DNA of 64,000 bases from the human T2T-CHM13v2.0 reference genome, Homo sapiens: assembly GCF_009914755.1 (NCBI RefSeq), contig NC_060946.1. One strand, 5' to 3'. Below the pieces are notes generated by a model. That model ran no database searches and was not told where the DNA came from. It saw only the letters and a program-made list of their open reading frames with translations. The stretch's first letter is position 1; each line of letters begins with the position of its first letter. Below, one piece after another: positions 45,346-64,000 of this stretch. A program made the position numbers and the translations under genes.

Positions 45346-45689
45346 CAAATGCTTTTCAATGTACAATGGGGTTAAGTCTTGATAAGCTGATTATAAATTG
45401 AAAATACAGTAAGTTAAAAATGTATTTAATACCTAGCTTACTGAATATCACAGCTTAGCCTGGCATACTTTAATGTGCTCAGAACACTTACATCAGCTGA
45501 CAATTGGGCAAAATCATTGAATACAAAACCCACTTTATAATAAAGTATTGGATATTTTATGTAATTTGTTGAATATTGTACTGAAAGTGAAAAGCAGAAT
45601 GGTTATATTCTATTCAAAGCTATCACTTTTGCTTCATCATAAAGTAAAAAAAATCATAAATTGAACCATTATAATTTGTTGACCATCTG
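45346..45689. mobile_element. MER47A-like TcMar-Tigger MITE
   Basis: caaatgc...aatggggtta...cagcttagcctgg...gtgctcagaacacttaca...gaccatctg. Confidence 0.82.
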
Positions 45690-45815
45690 TGTATATGTAT
45701 GTGTGTGTGTACCTATATAAACATGTATGTTTATATATATATTTGTGTGTGTATATATCCTCGGTGTGTGGGTATGTGTGTTTGAGAGTGTGTGTGTGTG
45801 TGTGTGTGTGTATGA
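45690..45815. repeat. Degenerate (TG/TA)n tract
   Basis: Seen directly; purest TG run about 45789-45811. Confidence 0.9.
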
Positions 45816-46964
45816 AATTGTAGGAAAGTAAAATTTCTTATCTTATAGATATAGCATGTTAACATGTTGGTACCTATCTTCCTGAGATGTAAAATTTTAC
45901 ATGGATAGATGTGTACATTTACTGTTGTACACAAAGAGAAACATATTCTGTAGGCTCTTTGTTTTTCTGTAATTTAATTCAACACTATCTGGTTTATATG
46001 GATGATTACATATATAATGCTAGGATGAAGGTTCTTCTCTATAACTTTGAAACTTCCTTGATTATCAACCCTTGGTGTATTCTTAGAATAGGATTTTATT
46101 TTAGAATTAAGATCCTTGTTTCAGGACTCTAGACTGTTAACACACAGAACCAACAATTATTCAGAATGGTTGGGTTAGTTCACATTCCCACAGATGAGAC
46201 ATCAAATGTCCAGGCTGCACAGCCTCATTAACACTAGATTTTCTGGACATTTTATGTAGTATTTCATCTGATATAAAAAGTAGAATTCTAATTTAATTAT
46301 GGTTGTTAATTTATTTTTATCTTTTTAGTCATTATGAAAATGTTTAACTATATGAAAAGCTAGGAAAGAGTTTTATTTTTTAAGGTAGTACTTCAGAAAT
46401 ATTTGTGATACTTAATTTTTAAAAATTAACTCTAAAAAATCTTGAAATGTCTGTTTAATGAAATAGGACATAAATACTGGTCACATTAGTGAAAAATATT
46501 TGTTTAAAATTAAAATATCTGCAGCAATCCTGTAGATATTAATAATTTTTAAAGCATGACATCTTTAAAATATAAATGTTCTAAACTTATAATCAGTTAA
46601 ATATGTCTCTATTAATACATATAGATACATATATCTAAATAAATTTGAAGACTTCAAATTCCAGGTATAATATAATTCTTTTCTATCGTGTGATTTGTCA
46701 TTCAGTATTTTGTAATTTGAACAGAAATATTTTGCCCTAACCACATGTCTGTATTTTCTCTTACCTAGAAATGTTATTTTATGCAAAATTGTTTTAAAGG
46801 TCAGTTTGCATGTTTGAAAACATCTTGTAGAATGTTACATAATATATTGCATATTTGGTTACATTGTTTTAACTGTGTAAATATGGTTTAAATCTATGAT
46901 GCTCTTTAGTGCTGATCATGATGCAAAGCAAATTTATCTGTATAAAAGTCTCCTGTTAATTTTT

Positions 46965-53088
<6,124 letters not shown>

Positions 53089-54448
53089 TAATTTTTAACT
53101 TTCAACTGATTAGATACATTTACCCTCTTCTGAATTTTAATTCCTGATGAAAAGATTGTGAAATCTCAAGAGGATAATGAATCAGCTTCTGATTATATTT
53201 TGGAATTACGATTTGATCACCCATCCAAGAATGCATATTCACTTTCCTTTACATTACACACGTGCATAATACCATGCTGAGTGATGCTGGAAAAAGTGAG
53301 TCTTCAGTAATGCCCTCATGAAATTACAGTCTCACTACACCGAGGTATTTTCTTTTTAACACTTTTTTTCTTTTCTGCTGTGAATATGTGCCTTCTAAGA
53401 GGTGAACAACTGGGAAAAACTGAAAAAGAACCTTCATCTAATTCAGTAACTAGGTTTTTTATCTTCTAAGAATTTTTATCTCCAGAAAGCTCTAATCTTC
53501 ATTCCTTTACAAGTTTTATTTCTCTCTCCTTTCCAACACCAGAGTTTTCTCTGTTTGTTTTCTATAACTTTTTTAGAGATGCCTACAATAGAAAAAAACT
53601 ATGACATATTCAATACATCTGAAAAGTTTGCATTGCCATAGATAAGAATGAATTGTCTGTTTATAAAGAAAAAAACAATAAAAATATGAACCAAGAAAGC
53701 ACAGAAGGTAGTAACCACATTTAGATGTTTATCATGGAATCATCTTTATAATCCATCTGTTACAATTCCACAGAGGAAATTACAAGTAATTGTGAAGTTT
53801 CCCCTCATTTTATAGGTTTGGTCTTATAAGGCATACAACACAAATTTTAATTACTTTTCTTTTTGGTATTTGGATCTTAATTTGGTGAAGTGGCCACTGG
53901 GTAGATGATGGAGCCTCTTGAGACATACAGTCTTCTTCTAGCTTTGTTGATGTAAATATTACTGTGTAGTTTTCATTCACTTATTATTTTACAAGGCATG
54001 CTTCATTACAAACATGTCAGCATCTCATTGACAAATCACAAAATTTAAAAGGCACAAGAAAAAAACAATTTATTTGAAACATTCCTGTGTAAAAGTAGTC
54101 ACCACTCTTACTATTCTTCAAATATTTTTATTATATTTAAACACAAGCCTAGTTTTATCTTGAGTGTCTCACCTTGATGATATTGTACACTTTAAACTTA
54201 GAAAAACTTGAACTCTATTGGAAATTTCCTACAGATCACCTTTTCTAGATGCCAAGCGCCTTGTTTCAGCTGCGGTGATGACAGCAAATTGGGTTCTCAG
54301 GGATTCTGGCCTCTGGCATCATCTCAGTTGTTTATAATTGAAGTTGGCTCTGATGAGAACTCAGCTTAGATGCATGATTGGACTGCTGGGCTTAAGGCTC
54401 GCCTGCCAGGAGGTTGCATTGAGGTGTAACTATGCAAAGAAAGAAGGA

Positions 54449-54897
54449 GTTTATTGAGGCACTACTGACAATAGCAAAGACTTGGAACCAACCCAAATGT
54501 CCAACAATGATAGACTGGATTAAGAAAATGTGGCACATATACACCATGGAATACTATGCAGCCATAAAAATGATGAGCTCATGTCCTTTGTAGGGACAAG
54601 GATGAAGCTGGAAACCATCATTCTCAGCAAACTATCACAAGGACAAAAAAACAAACACCACATGTTCTCACTCATAGGTGGGAATTAAACAATGAGTACA
54701 CATGGACACAGGAAGGGAAACATCACACACCGGGGCCTGTTGTGGGGTGACGGGCTAGGGGAGGAAAAGCATTAGGGGATATATCTAATGTAAATGACGA
54801 GTTAATGGGTGCAACACACCAACATGTCACATGTATACATATGTAATGAACCTGCACGTTGTGCACATGTACCCTAGAACTTAAAGTAGAATAAAAA
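54449..54897 (+). mobile_element. 5'-truncated L1PA4/5-like 3' end
   Basis: caatagcaaagacttggaaccaacc...accctagaacttaaagta; imperfect TSD aagaaa(g)aaggag. Confidence 0.93.
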
Positions 54898-56503
54898 GAA
54901 AAGGAGGTTGGGCAAAATTACCAACAATCTTCAACTATGAATTTTTATGAGTAGGGGCTTCCCACACCATCAGGCACTCCAAGTTGTAGAAACAAGGGAT
55001 GTTGAATTGAAAGTTTAATTTTTTACGCTTGATAGTCAGATTAGGGAAGTTTTGGGTACACCTTTCCCACTCTAGAGCCCTCTCCATAACTCACGGCCAA
55101 TTTGGGACATGGGCTCAATGGAAAAGAGTGCCGAGATCAATTAGAAATATCCTTCATGAACATAGGAGGCAGGCATTCTGGCCAAGGGGTGCGTCTTCCC
55201 ACTTTGTAATCCAGAGTGCGATTTCTTCTTGCTATCTGTCCTTCCGTAAATAAGCGTTGGGTGAAGGACAAGGTAGTTACAACTGAGGATGGAATGAGAT
55301 TCTAGCAGAATTGCAAAATGAACTGAGAGCCACGAAAGTGTTCCTCTGTGAACCAGCAGAGAGATCTGTGGAAGGCAAAGGAAGAGGAGCCAAGAGGCCA
55401 GATAACATTCCTGCTTCCCCTACATTGTGAGAGTGAAATTATCAGCAACGTGTATCAGTAACTAACCAGAGGCTTTTTGGAGAGTAAGACTTCTGATAGT
55501 TACCTCAATAGCTGAAGTTGCTCTTCAGTACTGCACATAACCTGTGGACAGATTTTCATCATTATTAATTCATTTATTCAACAGATAGATATTAAATTCA
55601 AGGCATAGTTCTAAACTATGCAGTCAATTACAAAAAAATAATGAAGGGCATTAGCTGTGCCTCATAGGACGTTAAAACTCTAGGTGCTGAATGAGACAAA
55701 TAGGGTTCCCACATCAAGTGCCTGGGCTCCTGTTATAACCTGGACTGTGCTTCCAATGACTTCTCTTGTTTCTGTTTTGGTAAACCCATCATTTGGCTTA
55801 GTCCCTATCCTTGCCATGCTCACCCACCAGTAGGTGGACCTCCTTGACCATAACTACCGGCATAGATCTTTGAGTTTCTTTTCAAATGTTTGCTTACTTT
55901 AGAGCTGCAGTCAAATGTTGTTTGGACCATAAGACTCTGAGGATGTGTGTGGTTGTATCTGTCTTGAGACTCAAAGAGCTATTGAGGAAGGGATTTGGTA
56001 GCTGAACTTTTTTGAAGTTTTTCTCTGTCTCTCACAATCTGGGTCTGAATAGCTTAATATATTGTTTAATTTCTACATCAATGATAGTTTAATAGGCATT
56101 CATGAAAATCAGTTCTGCTGGGAGTTTATTATCCTACTCCAATAGCAAGTAACGCATTCCTTAAATTTAGTGTACGTATAAATTCTACATGGTAAGTGAA
56201 GCTGTCTTTATGAATTGCTGCTATAGAATATACTAGATTGTGTAGGTTTAGTACAATCCAGGTAATTATCAAGCCTTTGTAATATTTTCAGGAAAGTGAT
56301 CCTTTCACTTCAGTTTATGGAACTTGGAAAGTTTTCGGTTGCCACCCACTTGTTAGATCATAAACTTAGTTCTATTTGTCTGAATTTATTTTTCTATTTA
56401 TAAATTTATCTGGATGTTTTCTCAAAGGTTTCCCAGATTAAAAACCTATGGCTTTGTAAAATTAAAACAGAAGTAATAAGAATTGTGTTAAAAAACAGAA
56501 TCA

Positions 56504-56822
56504 GGCCAAGCATGGTGGCTTATGCCTGTAATGCCAACACTTAGGGAGGCCGAGGCGGGAAGATCATTTGAGGTCAGGAGTTCAAGACCAGCCTGGGCAA
56601 CATGGCAAAACGCCACCTGTATTAAAAAAATACACAAATTAGCTGGCGTGGTGGTGAATGCCTTTATTCCTAGCTACTCAGGAGGCTAAGGCAGGAGAAT
56701 AGCTTGAACCCAGGAGGCTGAGGTTGCAGTGAGTCAAGATAGAGCCACTGCATTCCAGCCTGGGTGAGAGAGTGAGATCCTGTATTAAAAAAAAAAGAAA
56801 AAAAAGAAAAGAAAAATAAAGA
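56504..56822 (+). mobile_element. Alu (J or old S)
   Basis: Alu body; TSD aaaaacagaatca / aaaaccagaacca. Confidence 0.92.
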
Positions 56823-56883
56823 AAACCAGAACCATACAATGAGAGAGATTGTATAGCCCTTTTAATTGTCCATAATGGATACA

Positions 56884-56957
56884 TTTCTTTTTCTGTGTAA
56901 TAGTTTATCAGCATGAAAATTTTCTTTTTCTGCATAATAGTTTATCAGCATGAAAAA
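56884..56957. repeat. 37-bp tandem duplication, two copies
   Basis: tttctttttctg(tg/ca)taatagtttatcagcatgaaaa(t/a) twice. Confidence 0.92.
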
Positions 56958-56969
56958 CAGAGTCACTGA

Positions 56970-57270
<301 letters not shown>

Positions 57271-59658
57271 TGATGATTTTCATTTAATGGTGTTCTACAA
57301 AGTGAGTTCAGGCAATGAAAGCGCACATGTCATCTATAGTTTACCAGAAAGTAGTACTAGTCACCAGCATTGAAGCATACTCCTAACACTGGAAAATTTC
57401 TTCAGCAGCCAGAATTAATCTCAGATTTCGAGACTGGAGCAAAGACTAATTTGGTATGTGTTCATTCAGATTAGTAAATCTCCATGGTGTTTGAACTTTA
57501 TAATATCAAATCTAAAATAAGTCAAAAGAGTTGAACAATATCTCATCTCTGAGAAAAAAATGCATTATTTTCAACAGATTTAAGACTGAATTTAAAATCC
57601 AACTGCCTATTCCAGTGTATGTTTCTCTAGAATAAGGCCAAGCCCTACAAATTCTGGATAGTGTCCTCCAAGTTGTATTTAAGTGATAATTGATAAATCT
57701 ATGGTTTAGATACATATGGAATTCCATATAACTCTAGCTCCAGCCTTTGTGAGTAAAAATTGGCAGTGATCATGGCCTTAATGGGGGCATGTGGTTAATT
57801 GGAATTTTCAGTACCAAAAGTCGTCTTCTTACTAGTTTATCAGGGTACCCTATAATAGTATCCATAACTCATTGCCCACTTGTCTGTTTTGATTTCTTTT
57901 TTAAAAAGACAATTTTAAACTTAGAGGATTTGTACCTCAAGTCACATATGTGGCACATTTATAAAATAATCATGCCTTTGCATATTTTTCCTTTGATAAC
58001 TTAGCTATATATCCAAGCCATTTATGTTTTTTAATTGCCACAAATATTGCACTGAAATAGAGCACTAGTTGCAAAAATGCCTGGTGTAACATTTCTTCTT
58101 GTTCTTGAAAGTTATTTTAATAACCCATGTTTAAGATATTCCTAGACAACTATATGTAACTATAATTATTTCTGCTAGGTAGAAATATCTTTGTGGTCAA
58201 CATTTGTGAAGTGCCTTGTAAATAAAAATATGCTTGAGTTGAAATAGTATTTTGCAAATATAGCCCTAAATAGAGCTACTGATTTTACCAAGAATTAAAG
58301 ACTCCAAACTCTGTCTTTGTCTTTCAAATTTGGTTTATAGGAACATCTCATTACAATGAGCCGAAAGCCTATCTGATCATTAATGAGATAATTTTGACAC
58401 TTCCAAATGACACAGTTAATTTGTAGTAGGTTTTTGAAGTGCAAATTACATGTTTCTGTTTAAATAATGACAGTAAAATATGGACACTATCTATTCACAC
58501 TCTATATAAACAACTACAACTTGTCTCTAGAAGAAAAGTTTAATTTTTCAGGTCTCATCCACAAAATGAAGTGTTAATAAGCTGTATCTTTATTCTCATT
58601 TTTAAGTAATTTCTTCTTAACCATTGTATAACACTACCACAGTTTGTATGGAGATAAAATAACTCATGGTGAGAAATCCAGTTCTTTAAAAATCATTTTA
58701 CCTTCAATCACTTTTAGGATATCTATGGTTTTAGAGTAAGGACGAAAATTTATAAACATTTGTTAAATTATGCAACTGTTTTTGAAGATGTTTCAAAATT
58801 ACATTTTCCTTATTTTACAACTAGTTTTCATGTATTCACAAATGAGACACATGAGAATTATTAATGCAAAAGCACAGCATATCAACAAAGTTTATAATGT
58901 AAATAGTTTAGTTAGGAAAGAATGTAATGAGTGAATTATCAAAGCTATTTTATTGGTTCCTAGATTTACCGTAGAAGAAAATAAAGCAGCCTTATAAAAA
59001 TTTCTCAACACTGAGTCCATTTAAGGTCTATTTTGTATGCCGTAAGTTCTAAAAAATGTTATTGCTGGTAAAAATAGGATGCCTATCTAAAATTGTCTTT
59101 TTAAAGGTTCTCTCTTATTCTTCTTCCTTTCCTATGTGTGCACAGAATACTGTCATCGTCTTGATTGGAACACTGTCTCTCTTTCTCAGAGGGTATACAT
59201 TTGTAGAAGGCAGAAAATATTTGTTAATTTTGCTTCCTATAAGATAAGGTCTCAATGGTTGAAGGTCAGTTAACAAACATTTTTTTTGTCTTCATACTAT
59301 TATCTTGGAATTACCAACTGGCTTCTATTTAGATTTTGAATTATGAAAGAAAAGAACTAGCATTTGTTAGAACTTAGTGTTCCAGGAACTTTATTGATAC
59401 CATTTCTTCTCATCACCACATTTGTTCTTTCAATTAGTATTATTTTTTTCCATCTTAATAAGGTGGGACCAGAGGTTTTGTAATATCCACTAACCCACTG
59501 TGGATTTCATGGCTTGCAAGAGGAAGAAAGCATGGTGGAACTCAGGTTTCTCTGATTGCAAATTCACATCCTTTCATGTCTCCATGAAAAATAGAAAGGA
59601 TAAATTGGGCTCTATTCTAACAAGAGAAACACAATTTTCCGACATTTAAATGAGTAAT

Positions 59659-59998
<340 letters not shown>

Positions 59999-60739
59999 GT
60001 AATTCTTAAACCTCAAAAATAAAACGTAGCAAAACCTCAATTCAAGAGTAGACATAAAGGTTGTGGTATGGGTAGAAGGGACTTATGTCTAGTGACATAG
60101 ATTTGCTATGCATATCTGACCAAAAATCTCCCTCATTATTTTCAAATCAGATGCATAACTGCATTTAATGAGTTTCACGAATCATTAATATCAGGCTCTG
60201 AAAACAGGATCATTAAAAATGATTAAGATTTTCAACAACAAAGATTTTATCTAAATAGTAAGGAAATTATATTAGATGGCTCCATTCCCTGGGCAGTCTA
60301 GTTAATAATTCAACTTGTTCAAAGCTATAAAATATGGCAACTTAAAAAATTATGAAAGTTTTTCTAACTTTTTCTTAAGGTAGTTGGCCATTCTTCCTCT
60401 TGGGAATAAGAAGGGCAGATTTTCCGTCGAAGCATTTTGCTATTGCTTTTCAATTTCCATTTATGGAAAATAGATAAAATAGCAATTTTTTAGTTATAAA
60501 TTTAAAGTCAAAATGGAGATAATTAAGTATCTCCATTAATTAACTAAAGATTAATTTTTCAAAAAATAGCATTTACTAAATTCTAATCAATCGATTGACT
60601 ATTTTTATCCCTGGCTCAATGTAACTCTCTTTGACATACTCTTGTCTTAATTCTAGTTTATGTCAACAATGTGTAATCATAGATGACTCTTTGCCATTTT
60701 GATCTCTCAGTTCTATTAACACCTTTGATCTAACGATAA

Positions 60740-61440
60740 TGTTTTCAAACAGAATTATTTCTACTCAAACTTCTGAGATGAAATTTGTGGATTTAGTCTC
60801 ACCCCAATCAATTTTTCAACTCTCAGGACACCAAATGGTGTACTACAATTCAATTCAATCCTGAGACTGTCTATCTGGAGATAGTATCAGATCCCACAAG
60901 TTCAGGGTTCAGGCCCACAAGACTTCCCCCCCCCACCATTAGAGAGGAGTTGTGGGCCTGCCATACTCCTGACCAACTGGCTATAAATTAGGACTTCCAT
61001 GGATTCCTTCCCCAGGTTCTATAATTTGCTAAGATGGCTCACAGAACCCAAGAAAGCACTTTGCTTACAGTTACTGTCTGATACAAATCAGGAACTGTCA
61101 AATAGAAGAGACACATAGGGCCAGGCATGGTGAAAAGGGGCACAAAGCTGCCATATGACCTCTAAGTATATCATTGTATCACCCTCCCAGCACCTCAGAG
61201 GTGATGGAGGAGAGGGCTGACAGTTTTAACCATCTAGTTATGCCTTCATGTTTCTGGTGTCAAGCACCCACCCTGAAGCCATATGGGTCTCCAGCCACCA
61301 CTCATGTCATGTCAATAGCATAAACTCAGGTATGACTAAGAGGGACTTATGACTAGTAAAGGATGGTCCTCTCATCTCTATCAGGAAATTTCAAGTTTTA
61401 GGAGCTCTGTACTGTGAACCGGGGAGGAAGACCAAATAAG
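60740..61440 (-). mobile_element. MER21-like LTR
   Basis: caattcaattcaatcctgagactgtctatctggagatagtatcagatcccaca...gatggctcacagaaccca. Confidence 0.75.
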
Positions 61441-61504
61441 ACATACACTAGACAAGTTGTGCTAACTACTGTGTGCCTCAAAATTGCCTACAGTTGTGTT
61501 ACAA

Positions 61505-61641
61505 TAAGAGATTGCTGAGACCTGCTATTGGAATTTCAGATTTGGAAGATCTGGGGGTGTAACCTGAGAATATGCAGTTCTAGTAAGTTCCCAGGCGATG
61601 CTGTTGCTGCTAGCACAGGGACCACACTTCCAGAGGGACTG
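61505..61641. mobile_element. MER5A (hAT-Charlie MITE)
   Basis: cctgagaatatgcagttctagtaagttcccaggcgatgctg...gggaccacactt. Confidence 0.75.
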
Positions 61642-61689
61642 AGTGAAGCATCGTCGTTACTTATAATAGCAACTCCTCTGTAGTCACAA

Positions 61690-62300
61690 TTTCATTCATC
61701 CCATTCTCTGAACTCCTCCTTTAATCATTCCCTTTCATACGCTGACATAAAATTTTTCAATCTCTCTGAGACCTCCAAACTATTATTTTATCATATTCAT
61801 AATGACCCTTACCTACTGATGTACTCTATTTCCTGTTCTCCTGCCTAAATTCCGTGGCCAACCATTCCCAGGAAACTTCCACTTCCTTGTTTCTCTTTCA
61901 CTTTGCTGAATCTAACCAGGAAAATAACCCTGGTTAGATCCAAATTTCCACCAAATCCTCACATATATTTGAGCAACTAGCTGCATGGATCAAATTGAAA
62001 AATATCCCACTTGAAACTGAGAATCTGAGTGCCGCCTATCAATCAATCATACTACATATGTTCCAATCTATTCACTCTCTAATTTACCTAGTTTTGTATC
62101 TTATCCTGTCTCTAATCCCTAACACTTCCCCAGAAATCCTCAATGTCTTTTTGGGTGTGCTTCCCTGAGAACATTGAATCACCCAAAGACAATTTCCAAG
62201 ACTCCTGAAACCATTTAAACTCACTTTCCCATGTCTACACCCACATACTCTCCATTTTCACCTATTATTATCTGTGAAATAACTGGCCCCTATCTGTATA
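61690..62300 (+). mobile_element. Probable degraded L2 fragment
   Basis: Pyrimidine-rich tract with accctggttagatccaa-type L2 similarity. Confidence 0.4.
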
Positions 62301-63215
62301 TTGTCTGATGATGATTTCTATATTACAGGTGAAGACAATGAGAATAGGGTTAGAGCTACTTTCTCATTATAGCATAGCATAGCTTAGAATCAAATCCACG
62401 CAGTCCACCACTGAAACTGGGGTTCCAAGTCAGTGTATTTGGAGAAGGAGAGCTAGTAGAAAAACAAGGATGAAAAGATCCAGGATGAAGTTTCTGATGG
62501 AAGAAAAGGACATTTTTACTATTATGAACTCCTTGAAGTAGACCTTAAGCATTCTCATCTAGACAAATATCCATTCATCCACTCCAGTGAGCTGATTAAG
62601 TTTTAGGATTTTAAGGGTCAGTGAACAATTATTACTCATTCAGCAATTAAAGAAGGATTAATATGAATATTATATTGGAGAAGTTTCATTTAAAACATAT
62701 TTGATTGATTTTTGGCAATTGTCTTCTATCAGATCATTACCAATCCATATGAGTTGGTAGGAAGGGAGAAAACCCAAAACTTAACCAGATGTCTGAAGTT
62801 AGGGAACATTTTATAACCAACCCAGGGGGAAAAATGCTCAAAATGGGAAAGATGAGGACAGAAAATACATTTCAAAGATTTTAACTTTTTGACAAAATGT
62901 CAATTCTGTGCAAGAAAAACTGATTGTGTGAATATAACTTTGTCATTTACATCTGCCAATGTGTTCAGAAATATTTAATTTATAATTTTTTTAATAGTAG
63001 TTTGTTAACACAAAATTTATTCATCAAAGTATCTAAAACATTCTAAAAATACTAAAAATTTTCAATTTAAAGATTAAGCTAAACAGCTCTGTATATATAA
63101 GTAAGCTCAAACACACGTGCATGCTCCCCAACAATAACACTGCTACATATATTGACTGGTGGTTTTGGTTTCATTTCATTTTATAATGGCAAATCTGGTT
63201 AAGACCCAGATTCTG

Positions 63216-63512
<297 letters not shown>

Positions 63513-63548
63513 TCCCAGATTCTGAATTGAATCTCACAATAAGGATCT

Positions 63549-64000
63549 CAATTGCCTCAAAGAGAATAAAATACCTAGAAATCCAACTTACAAGGGATGT
63601 GAAGGACCTCTTCAAGGAGAACTACAAACCACTGCTCAAGGAAATAAAAGAAGATACAAACAAATGTAAGAACCTTCCATGCTCATGGGTAGGAAGAATC
63701 AATATTGTAAAAATGGCCATACTGACCAAGGTAATTTATAGATTCAATGCCATCCCCATCAAGCTACCAATGACTTTCTTCACAGAATTGGAAAAAACTA
63801 CTTTAAAGTTCATATGGAACCAAAAAAGAGCCTGCATTGCCAAGTCAATCCTAAGCCAAAAGAACAAAGCTGGAGGTACGACGCTACCTGACTTCAAACT
63901 ATACTACAAGGCTACAGTGACCAAAAGAGCATGGTACTTGTACCAAAAGAGAGATAGAGGCCAATGGAATGGAACAGAGCCCTCAGAAATAATGCCGCAT
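63549..64000 (+). mobile_element. 5'-truncated young L1PA ORF2, running off the window
   Basis: gagaataaaatacctagaaatccaacttacaagggatgtgaaggacctcttcaaggagaactac. Confidence 0.93.

Noticed and set aside
56884-56957. CRISPR-like 37-bp repeats
   Set aside because: Two adjacent copies with no spacer, in eukaryotic context with no cas genes

Overview
Repeat-dominated primate genomic DNA, almost certainly human because it carries an AluYb8 with the diagnostic 7-bp duplication. I find no recognisable cellular protein-coding exon, RNA gene or CRISPR-like array. The listed ORFs are broken L1/ERV frames, Alu/L1 antisense frames or noise. 1-21 kb is a nested retroelement pile-up: an old L1 3' end; a minus-strand ERV1 (MER52-type LTR, env remnant, MER4-group internal) interrupted by a near full-length L1PA7-like element and eight Alus; a rearrangement junction near 14 kb; a deleted HERV-K(HML-3)/MER9 provirus inserted into the dUTPase of a second HERV-K (HML-1/K14-like), which sits in an L1. 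21-47 kb is AT-rich sequence with old L1M, solo LTRs, Tigger MITEs, MIRs and a CR1/L3 fossil. 47-53 kb is a full-length L1PA3/4-type element. 53-64 kb holds further Alus, LTR pieces and L1 fragments. I see no convincing new biological system; the findings concern insertion history, breakpoints and possible regulatory or polymorphic elements. Subfamily names are from recalled consensus sequences and need RepeatMasker/Dfam confirmation.
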